A stretch of 64,000 bases of DNA from a virus. Lineage: Duplodnaviria; Heunggongvirae; Uroviricota; Caudoviricetes. The notes under the pieces are model-generated. The model did not search any database, was not told the origin of the DNA, and worked only from the letters and a program-made list of their open reading frames with translations. The position numbers and the translations under genes are program-made. Below are positions 50,568 through 58,488 of the stretch, one piece after another (the first letter of the stretch is position 1; each line of letters opens with the position of its first letter). The stretch is taken from positions 13,160-77,159 of IMG/VR virus record IMGVR_UViG_3300035502_000924; one strand, 5' to 3'.

Positions 50568-51104
50568 ATTATTAGTATTAATACGAAATTATAATTGATA
50601 ATGTATATTCAAAGTTAATATTTACTTTCCAGTATATTAGTATTAATACTTTATTTTTTAATAATTCAAAAACAGGTTGGGGCATATTTACTTTCCAGTA
50701 TATTAGTATTAATACAATGCAGTGTTAGACGTTGCGACGGCTAAAGTCAAATTTACTTTCCAGTATATTAGTATTAATACTCAGTTACGTTGAAGCAAGG
50801 CAATAAGTCTTTTAATTTACTTTCCAGTATATTAGTATTAATACATTTTATATTAACCTCACTTGCAACAAGCCAATATAATTTACTTTCCAGTATATTA
50901 GTATTAATACTAAATTCACCTCTTGTTACTCCTCATCATTAGTATCATTTACTTTCCAGTATATTAGTATTAATACGAAGAAATAATGTAACTTACGATA
51001 AATCTACTTTATTTACTTTCCAGTATATTAGTATTAATACTTTTCAACTGGTGTAAATGCAATATTCACAGCATATTTACTTTCCAGTATATTAGTATTA
51101 ATAC
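50568..51104 (-). CRISPR. CRISPR array: 8 perfect 30-bp repeats plus a truncated terminal repeat, with 34-36-bp spacers
   Basis: + strand repeat ATTTACTTTCCAGTATATTAGTATTAATAC at 50620, 50686, 50751, 50815, 50881, 50947, 51011 and 51075. Its reverse complement GTATTAATACTAATATACTGGAAAGTAAAT ends in GTAAAT like clostridial type I-B repeats. A 17-bp partial repeat at 50568-50584 is exactly one 35-bp spacer from repeat 1, suggesting it is the leader-distal end when read on the minus strand. An AT-rich ~230-bp candidate leader lies at 51105-51340. Confidence 0.9.
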
Positions 51105-51343
51105 CCGTTCAGTGTACAGTAGTACATTTTATTAGTATTTGAAATACTAAATCTGTCGAACCCATTGAAAAGTTAATTCCAAATATTATTTTTTATTCAT
51201 TATTTACTTTATTCTCACAAAAACATAAGTAAATAAAGTGTTTTCAAACTTTCTGTCTATCTCTTAGTAATTTTACATTATTATACATCGACAGAATTAA
51301 AAAACTAAAAAAATAAAAAGTATTTATACTATAATATTGAATT

Positions 51344-51478
51344 TGGTGAGTGGTGGGCTTCTTAGGTCAAAGCGGTGCAAGTCTTAAAGTTCTATCGCAA
51401 GTATTGAACGATATGTGAAGTGAACTACCCTCACCTTTCGGACGGTAAATCGCCCGAAGTCACCAACTAAGGGTGCTT
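51344..51478. ncRNA. candidate structured RNA or GC-rich noncoding island (unclassified)
   Basis: ~135 bp at roughly 48% GC in a ~28% GC context. Stops in all six frames. Complementary GGTGAGTGG and CCCTCACC segments enclose ~70 nt, with a TTTCGG-12 nt-CCGAAG hairpin and a cttag/ctaag long-range pair. No known RNA family recognised. Confidence 0.3.
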
Positions 51479-51671
51479 ATAAAAAATAGTTTTAAAAACT
51501 TTACAATATTATAATATAATATTTTCCTTAATTTGTCAAGTGTTTTTTGTAAAAAATTGTATTGTTAAAACGTCTCAGAATCAATTTTAAGACCTATAAC
51601 GATTTATTGTGAATAAATATTAAGTAAACTATTTATACCCTCTTAAAATTGATTTTAAAACTATTTAAACA

Positions 51672-51710
51672 ATAAAAACGTTGAGTAGAGTTACCCAACG
51701 TTTTTTTTAT
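51672..51710. terminator. bidirectional rho-independent terminator
   Basis: aaaaacgttg-agtagagttacc-caacgtttttttt. It ends the minus-strand genes and any + strand transcript arriving from the left. Confidence 0.7.
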
Positions 51711-52039
51711 TGTTGAACTTCATTATCTGTTTCTTCTGCAATTTCTCCCATTTCAGCTTTAACTGCTTCTTTATATTTATTAAAAAACATAGTACAATAA
51801 CTACCAAAGTTTGAAAAATCCGTGCCCATGCTACAATTCGGATTGAAAGGATTGTTAGAATCATTTCCTGGAAAGCAACTATCTGAAATTGTAACATTGT
51901 TTTCATTTTCAAAACTTTTAATTGCAGTAGAAAAGTTATTCATTACTCTTATTAACTCATTTCTACATAAATCAAATTGACCTTCTAATTCTTGTGTATT
52001 AATCGCAGAAGTTTTCATCAATCTTTTCATTTTTAACAA
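51707..52039 (-). CDS. hypothetical small protein; the likely true start is the ATG at 52030 (107 aa)
   Basis: RBS agagagg 9 nt before the ATG at 52030. Cys-rich (CFPGNDSNNPFNPNCS) with an acidic C-terminus. Co-oriented with, and overlapping, the end of the upstream membrane protein gene. Confidence 0.45.
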   Translation of the reverse strand: MLKMKRLMKTSAINTQELEGQFDLCRNELIRVMNNFSTAIKSFENENNVTISDSCFPGNDSNNPFNPNCSMGTDFSNFGSYCTMFFNKYKEAVKAEMGEIAEETDNEVQQ

Positions 52040-52637
52040 CCTCTCTATTGATTATTTTATAAATAAATATACTACCTAACGAATTTCCCAAAGTTACAAA
52101 TAAAATAAATGATATAGAATAAATATTTATTTTATTTGCTAAAAATATATAAAACATATCAGCAACACAGTGTTCAGCACCAATTAAAATAAATACTGCT
52201 ATACATAATATTACTGCTACTATTTTCATTATTGCTTCATTACTTTTTTTATATACTTCAACTGCAATAAATATTAAAATACCGCATAAAAATGAAAAAA
52301 ATAAAATTTCAAAAATAGTATAATTTAATTTCAACTCAACTATTGTTTCTATATTAATGGCTTTTATTTTACAAGTATTTCTATAACACAATGCTGTAAT
52401 AAAACATCCAAGCAGATTTCCTATCCATATAATTAATAATTCTAAGGAATTTTCATTCTCAGTAATATAACCAATTTTCCCTGTATACAAATCTAATTTA
52501 AAAAAAAGTATTGTTAGTAATCCTATGGAAAATAAAAAACTGCCGATAATTTTGTCAGTGGATAAGAATACGATACTTGCAATACTAATCATAATTCCTG
52601 CTAGAAATGCAGATAAAAATAAATTAAGAAATTTCAA
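51999..52637 (-). CDS. FNT-family-like (formate/nitrite transporter-like) membrane protein, short form (212 aa)
   Basis: TTG start with a strong RBS aaggggag. Six hydrophobic segments. KLDLYTGK and GAEHCVADMFY resemble the two FNT signature loops (ELFTGN and FEHSIANM). Confidence 0.45.
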   Translation of the reverse strand: MKFLNLFLSAFLAGIMISIASIVFLSTDKIIGSFLFSIGLLTILFFKLDLYTGKIGYITENENSLELLIIWIGNLLGCFITALCYRNTCKIKAINIETIVELKLNYTIFEILFFSFLCGILIFIAVEVYKKSNEAIMKIVAVILCIAVFILIGAEHCVADMFYIFLANKINIYSISFILFVTLGNSLGSIFIYKIINREVVKNEKIDENFCD

Positions 52638-52639
52638 AA

Positions 52640-53300
52640 TAATCTCCCCTTGCTAAAATTATATCTTAATTTTTATATAAAATAATTTTCAAGTTTTATA
52701 GCAAGAAAAAATAGCTAAAATGACTTCTCTATCTATATTTAAAACTTAGTTTAATTTATCAAACTTTATTTTTATTTGGACATAGTTGAAGTTTTATCTG
52801 GACACTAAATAGATAAGTAATAAATTACTTATCATCTAAATAATTTTTTATATATTAATGAAATTAATTATAAAGTAATATTAATTATAATTATATTAAA
52901 AATTTATAATATACAATAATTAATATTAGATGTAATAATTATTAGTATAAGATATACAATTTTTAATATTAAACAAAATTATAAAAAATAATTCATTAAA
53001 AAATTTATAAGATTTCAGTTTTAAAAAATATAAAGTTTTTTTATTTTTAGAAAAGATAGCAAAAAAGAAAGAACAGGAAGCGGAGAATGCTTCGCATTGC
53101 TCCGCTTAGTCACTTCGTGACTGAAATAACACTGATTTGTTTTGTTGCTTTCTTTCAAAAATAAGAATTGTTGTAATTTTACAATTTATTTAATTTACAA
53201 CCACATTTGTAATATTTTTAGTTTCCATTGAAAAAATTTTCACAAATTCATTATAATACAATCAAAAGCAAAAAAAACATAAGAAAGGTTGGTGTGAAAA
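52640..53300. promoter_or_regulatory. extremely AT-rich intergenic region with an embedded GC-rich hairpin; candidate replication origin and promoter region for the initiator gene
   Basis: About 90% A+T over 52850-53040. A GC hairpin ggaagcggag...ctccgcttag plus gtcacttcgtgac is flanked by the imperfect inverted repeat aagaaagaac/gctttctttc at 53055-53150. A TTGAAA-18-TATAAT-like promoter sits at ~53228-53262. Confidence 0.4.
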
Positions 53301-53301
53301 T

Positions 53302-55215
53302 ATGAATTATAAAAGAGATTGCAAAAGAAAGAATATATCTTATATATCAATGTCAAAGTATTTGTATTCTCTTGTATTACCAAAATGTAATATTGTTTTG
53401 GGTTCATATTTTACATCTATCTATTTTCAAATATATTTAAATGTTTGTCATGATAAAACATTAGAGTTATGGAAACATAATAAATGTTGGATAGGACAAG
53501 ATACAATTTCTAAAATATTAAATTGTTCAAGACAAACAGTAAGTAAAACAATAAATTATTTACTTCAACTTAAACTTATTAGTAAAAGCAAAAGGGGATT
53601 ACATAATGTTTATCAACTTGAAAATGATAACATTGAAGAAGAAATAAATTTAGATAAGTTTAATTCTTTTATTGAAACAGAATTATTAAAACTTGCAAAG
53701 GATTTAAAAAAAGATACTTTAAAAATTACAGAGAAATTTAATATTTTAAATTCAGAAGTAGCATATCATAAAGATGGTTTAAAGAAATTTCTTACTAAAA
53801 AGAAGTTTTATGATACAAATAAGATAAGAAAAGAAATAGCAGAAATTGAAAAAGACAATCAAGGTATAACTATATTTTATTTGAATGATGTTTTAACAAT
53901 AAACAATCATAAACAAAAATATAGAGCTATTAGAAATGGTATTAGTCAAAGTTCTATTAGTAAATATATAACTTATTGTGAAAAGCGAGGATTATTAAAT
54001 ACTATGAATGAGAAAGTAGAAAAGAAAAAAGAATTTGAATGTCCTATTTGTAAAAATTCTTTTGATACAAATAGAAGTTTATGTATGCACATTTCAAAGA
54101 CTAAAGAAAATAATCACATATTATTAAATAAACTTCGTCAAGTAGATAAAACAAAAACTATTTTAGAAGTTTATCTTAATAATAAATCACAGTTTACAGA
54201 AATGGAAGTTTCTTATAAAAATATTGAATGTGAAAATTGTTCAGGTAATTGTAGATTGTGTTACAAAGAATTCAAAGATGAGTTTAAAACTTGTTCACAA
54301 GATAGGAAAAAAGCTTTTGTTAAACAAGAACAAATGTATATTGTTTCTATTGATAAAAAAGAAAAAGCAAAAGTAGCAAAAGCTAAACAAAAGAAGAAAG
54401 ATGATATCAATAGTGTTGGTAATTTGATGAAGTATTTTTATGATAAAACGCAAACATTATCACCAAGTTTTTCTAAGGAATGTGGTCAAATAAAAATTTT
54501 ATTAAATAAAGGCTATACTGGCGATGAAATAAGAATTACTATGGATTATTTGATAGATAGAAAAAATGTAGATTTACGTTTTATTAATCGTTCTATTGAA
54601 GATGCTTTAGTAGAGCAAAAATATAAGAATGAATTAAATATGTTAAATACAGCTCCGTATTTAGTAAATCTTTTTCATACTAAGTTAGGGGTTAAATTAA
54701 ATTTATTCAATTTAGTTAAAGAAAGTAATAAGATACAACAAGTATTAGATGCAGGTTATTCAGCTTTAGATATTAAAAAAACAATTAAGTATATGCAATA
54801 TAAGGATATTAAAGTACTTAATTATATTCCTAATATGATTGAAGAAGCAATAGATTTTTATGCAGATAAATCATCTGAAAATAATGATAATAAGAAAATT
54901 GAAGATATTGTTAGTGAATTAAGGTTTAGTATGACTTCAATAGAAAATATTGAAGAAAAGTATAAAGAAACGGCATTAAAATGTGCAGAGAAAATCTTTA
55001 TAGATAAATCATACTTTAAAAAAGATTTAACTAAGTTTGAATGGGCTTATACTATTAAATTAAGGTTGACAAAAGATTTAATAAAAGATGGTATTAATGA
55101 AAAGAATAATAAAAAATGGTTATGTGAAACAAATAATTGTAATTATTCTAAAGAAGATTTTATTAGTTGGCTTAAAACTCAATTTGAAAAAAATAATATA
55201 GATTATATTTTATAA
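53302..55215 (+). CDS. replication initiation or replisome organizer protein: wHTH, C2H2 zinc-finger and C-terminal DnaD-like repeats
   Basis: HTH: ISKILNCSRQTVSKTINYL. Zn-finger: CPICKNSFDTNRSLCMHISKTKENNH (C2H2). Two C-terminal repeats (LMKYFYDKTQTLSPSF...KILLNKGYTGDEI and QQVLDAGYSALDIKKTIKYM) resemble DnaD/DnaB_2 domains. Its position is upstream of the loader and helicase genes. Confidence 0.5.
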   Translation: MNYKRDCKRKNISYISMSKYLYSLVLPKCNIVLGSYFTSIYFQIYLNVCHDKTLELWKHNKCWIGQDTISKILNCSRQTVSKTINYLLQLKLISKSKRGLHNVYQLENDNIEEEINLDKFNSFIETELLKLAKDLKKDTLKITEKFNILNSEVAYHKDGLKKFLTKKKFYDTNKIRKEIAEIEKDNQGITIFYLNDVLTINNHKQKYRAIRNGISQSSISKYITYCEKRGLLNTMNEKVEKKKEFECPICKNSFDTNRSLCMHISKTKENNHILLNKLRQVDKTKTILEVYLNNKSQFTEMEVSYKNIECENCSGNCRLCYKEFKDEFKTCSQDRKKAFVKQEQMYIVSIDKKEKAKVAKAKQKKKDDINSVGNLMKYFYDKTQTLSPSFSKECGQIKILLNKGYTGDEIRITMDYLIDRKNVDLRFINRSIEDALVEQKYKNELNMLNTAPYLVNLFHTKLGVKLNLFNLVKESNKIQQVLDAGYSALDIKKTIKYMQYKDIKVLNYIPNMIEEAIDFYADKSSENNDNKKIEDIVSELRFSMTSIENIEEKYKETALKCAEKIFIDKSYFKKDLTKFEWAYTIKLRLTKDLIKDGINEKNNKKWLCETNNCNYSKEDFISWLKTQFEKNNIDYIL

Positions 55216-55238
55216 AGAACAAGAAAGGAAGAATTATT

Positions 55239-55949
55239 ATGCTGTTTTATAATAAAGAAGAAAAAGAAAAATTAAAATCTAAGTGGAATAATGTCTTTGT
55301 TATAAATTGTACAAAATGTGAGGGTACAGGTTTTTATAATGAAGATGGTAAGACAAAACAATGTTCTTGTATGAAAAAAGCTATTAAATGTTATAACTTA
55401 GAATTATCTAATATTCCAGTAGTTAATTTTAATGTTTCTAAAGATTCTGTTACTAAGAAAGTTAATTATAATTTTAATGATTACTTTGAAATTATACAGA
55501 ATGAGGTTTTTAAAACTAAAAATCTGTATTTATATAATATTTCATTTACTCTTAATAGTGAAATTGTAGCATATATAGCAAGGACTTTAATTGATAAAGA
55601 AAATAAATTATCTAAGAAACAATTAAAGATACAATATGTTGTATATGAAGATTTAGTACAATTATCTTTAAAACAAAATTCGGATAAAGAAGCAAAAGAT
55701 AGATTAAATGATTTATTCCGCAAGCCTGATGTTTTATTTATAGATAACGTGGGAGCTGAAACAGGTTTTGGTAATACAAGTAAGCATAATATTAAATTAC
55801 TACAATTAATTCTTAAAACAAGATATAATGATGTTAAATCTACAATCATATCTTCAAAATTAAATTATTCAGACGTTGAAAAGTTTTACAGCGAAGATGT
55901 AATTGAAATGATTTCGACATATGATTTTGTAAAAGAAGTAGAATTATAA
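55239..55949 (+). CDS. DnaC/DnaI-like helicase loader with an N-terminal Cys cluster and no recognisable Walker A
   Basis: The C-terminal half VLFIDNVGAE...NIKLLQLILKTRYNDVKSTIISSKLN matches the DnaC/IstB Walker B and sensor region. N-terminal CTKCEGTGF...CSC. No GxxGxGK[ST] found. Confidence 0.5.
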   Translation: MLFYNKEEKEKLKSKWNNVFVINCTKCEGTGFYNEDGKTKQCSCMKKAIKCYNLELSNIPVVNFNVSKDSVTKKVNYNFNDYFEIIQNEVFKTKNLYLYNISFTLNSEIVAYIARTLIDKENKLSKKQLKIQYVVYEDLVQLSLKQNSDKEAKDRLNDLFRKPDVLFIDNVGAETGFGNTSKHNIKLLQLILKTRYNDVKSTIISSKLNYSDVEKFYSEDVIEMISTYDFVKEVEL

Positions 55950-55977
55950 AAATAAATCATAATTTTAAGGTGATAAT

Positions 55978-57324
55978 ATGGACAATGTAATAGAGAAAAA
56001 GTTTTTAGCATACTTAATGTATGATAAAAAGTATATTTCTAAAGCAATAAATACAATAGAAATAACACCCAAGCATTTACAAACAACATATGCAGTATAT
56101 AGTTTAATAAGAAAATATTTTGTAAAATATGGTGTTATTATTTCTGATGATGCAATAAATAGTTCTTTTAAAAAGAATAAAATTGATGATAAGACGATAA
56201 TAACGTATAAATCAATTTTTTCAGATATAAAATATTTTAATACTGATGAATTTTCAGATGGTGAATTTGAATCTATTTGTGATGAATTAGAAGATAATTA
56301 TAAAAGATTCGAAGTATTAGAATTAGCTGAATCAATTATTACTAAAGGAAGTAATTGTAGTGAAAAATCTTTCGATGAATTAAAAACTCAAATAAGTAAA
56401 TTGTCTGTTCGTTTGAATACAGATAAAAGTAATGTAAAGGAAGAGGGTTCAATCCAAGAAAGAATAAAAGCAAGAAAAGAAAGATATGAGGAAATAAAGA
56501 ACAATCCTAGTATGATTGTTACTTATCCCACTGGATTTAGTAGAATTGATGATGAAAGCGGTGGATTTGCACCAAGTGAACTTATTTACATAATAGGTAG
56601 AAAAGGTGATGGTAAATCTGTTTTAATGCTTAACTTAGCACACAATATGTGGATAAAAGGATTAAATGTTATATTATTTAGTTTGGAAGTTCCACAAGAA
56701 GCTTATGAAAGAAGATTTGATGCAAGAGCTGCTGGTATTTCAAGTAATGGATTAAAATTTGGCAAGTTATCAGAAGATGAAGAAGAAGTATATAATGATT
56801 ATTTGCAAAAATTAAGTGAAGGCTTATCTATCAATGGAGATAAAGTTGGTACAATGTATATTATTGACGTACCACGTATGTGTACTCCATCTTTTTTAGC
56901 CGAGAAAGTAAAAGAAGTAGAATTAAAAATGGGAATAACATTTCATGTAGTTATTTCTGACTATGCAGGTATTATGCAACCAGATATGAAATTTGGTGAA
57001 TTAAGATTAGACCAAGCAGAAATAGCATTGGAATTAAAACAATATGCAAGAACAACAGATAAGGTAGTAATAACCGCCGCACAGATGAACAGAATAGGTA
57101 AAAATCAAAAGAAAACAGAAACAGATGCTATTGCTGAGTCTGATGCTATTGCAGACCATATAGATTGGGGTATTGCTATAAAAAAAGTTAGTGAACAAAT
57201 TGGCATAATAGAATCATTTAAAACAAGAGATGCTGCTCCTTTTGAGTTTCATTTTAATAGAAAGTTTAGTAAAATGTTAATTGAAGAATTAGATGATGAT
57301 ATTAGTAACTGGGATAAAATGTAA
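55978..57324 (+). CDS. DnaB-like replicative DNA helicase
   Basis: Walker A IIGRKGDGKS, Walker B VVISDYAGIM, and a SQLNR-like ITAAQMNR motif. An N-terminal DnaB-N-like domain is present. RBS aaggtga. Confidence 0.7.
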   Translation: MDNVIEKKFLAYLMYDKKYISKAINTIEITPKHLQTTYAVYSLIRKYFVKYGVIISDDAINSSFKKNKIDDKTIITYKSIFSDIKYFNTDEFSDGEFESICDELEDNYKRFEVLELAESIITKGSNCSEKSFDELKTQISKLSVRLNTDKSNVKEEGSIQERIKARKERYEEIKNNPSMIVTYPTGFSRIDDESGGFAPSELIYIIGRKGDGKSVLMLNLAHNMWIKGLNVILFSLEVPQEAYERRFDARAAGISSNGLKFGKLSEDEEEVYNDYLQKLSEGLSINGDKVGTMYIIDVPRMCTPSFLAEKVKEVELKMGITFHVVISDYAGIMQPDMKFGELRLDQAEIALELKQYARTTDKVVITAAQMNRIGKNQKKTETDAIAESDAIADHIDWGIAIKKVSEQIGIIESFKTRDAAPFEFHFNRKFSKMLIEELDDDISNWDKM

Positions 57325-57347
57325 TTTACAAAAAAGGAACGGTAAGA

Positions 57348-57926
57348 ATGGAATTTAAAAACAAAAAGTATTTATATGATTATGTAAAATCAGAAATAAA
57401 TAATATGGCTTATATACAACAATTTGTACCTTTAAAGAAAACAGGATTAGTATTTAAAGGTAAATGTCCTTTTCATACAGAAAAGACTGCTTCTTTTACT
57501 GTTTATCCAACTGGTTATACAACTAAGAAAGGTGTTCAAAATTATACAAGCTTCTATTGCTTTGGTTGCGGAGCAGCAGGAGATATAATTAAATTTAAAC
57601 AGTTAAAAGATAATATTGATTCATATTCAGAAGCTGCCTTACAATTAGCAGAAGAATATGGATTAAATGTTGTTGATGAACAAGATGTAAAAATGAATTA
57701 TTTAAAAAATAAATTGTCTTTAGGTGATAATGAAAAACTTTTAAGTTTTGAAGATATCAATTTAACTTGCAGTATGATTATTCATAACTATTTAAAACAC
57801 CATCCTAATGATATGAGTAAAGTAAATGATATATTTATTTATTTAGATAATGAATTAAATGAAAGAAATACTATTGAAGCACAAAGTCTAATTCAAGAAA
57901 TTGATGATAAAGTAAATAATCTTTAA
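57348..57926 (+). CDS. DNA primase zinc-binding domain (zf-CHC2) protein lacking a TOPRIM domain
   Basis: GKCPFHTEKTASFTV...FYCFGCGAAGDIIKF is the canonical CHC2 primase zinc finger. At 192 aa it has no room for the catalytic TOPRIM domain. Confidence 0.65.
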   Translation: MEFKNKKYLYDYVKSEINNMAYIQQFVPLKKTGLVFKGKCPFHTEKTASFTVYPTGYTTKKGVQNYTSFYCFGCGAAGDIIKFKQLKDNIDSYSEAALQLAEEYGLNVVDEQDVKMNYLKNKLSLGDNEKLLSFEDINLTCSMIIHNYLKHHPNDMSKVNDIFIYLDNELNERNTIEAQSLIQEIDDKVNNL

Positions 57927-57994
57927 ATAGTTTTGTAAATATAATATATTATCATATAGGCTCTTTTATTTGTTAAATAAAGGGCTTAAATTGT

Positions 57995-58384
57995 ATGGAG
58001 GGGTTAATATCTGTGTATAGTATTGATGAAACTGCTGAACGACTTGAAAATCTCATTCACGAAGATGCTATTGTTAGAAATGAAATAAGAAGAATAGTTC
58101 ATGGTTATTTTATAAATAATGTTGAGAAAGCTAAGAATAGTATTATATATGAAGAAAAAGACGGTACTTTTTATTTGAAGAAAAATTATAAAGATATTAT
58201 TTTAGAAGAAATTAAAAACAACGAAGAATTTTTAAATTTGGTTTCTAAAAGATATGAAAGATTATATGCTCCACCTATTTCTTTAAGTGAAATAAAGAAT
58301 AAAATGAATATATTCAAAAGAAGTATATGTGATTTTAGTTTTGAAAAATCTAGTTTCTTAGCTTTCAAAAAATGTATTTGTTAA
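57995..58384 (+). CDS. hypothetical protein; an alternative GTG start at 58013 has the better RBS
   Basis: The ORF is open from 57995, but ggagggg lies 9 nt upstream of the GTG at 58013. No domains recognised. Confidence 0.4.
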   Translation: MEGLISVYSIDETAERLENLIHEDAIVRNEIRRIVHGYFINNVEKAKNSIIYEEKDGTFYLKKNYKDIILEEIKNNEEFLNLVSKRYERLYAPPISLSEIKNKMNIFKRSICDFSFEKSSFLAFKKCIC

Positions 58385-58488
58385 TTGTTATATTCCTTAA
58401 TTTTATTTATTTTTTATAAAAGCTGTTAAAATAACAGCTTTTTTTGTTTATAAGATTATAAATATTTTTTAGAAAGAAGGTAATACAC

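Noticed and set aside
51131-51147. Ninth CRISPR repeat at the right end
   Set aside because: It is only 26 bp from repeat 8, so it is off-register, and it matches only 14 of 17 positions with an insertion. It is treated as leader-embedded similarity, not a repeat unit.
51344-51478. tRNA or tmRNA gene
   Set aside because: The order of the candidate acceptor-like pairing (GGTGAG with CTCACC) and the TTCGG hairpin is wrong for a cloverleaf. There is no D-arm or T-loop consensus and no CCA context. It is kept only as an unclassified structured element.
51691-51912. 73-aa minus-strand ORF
   Set aside because: It is nested in a different frame inside the better-supported 107/110-aa ORF, which has an RBS-backed start.
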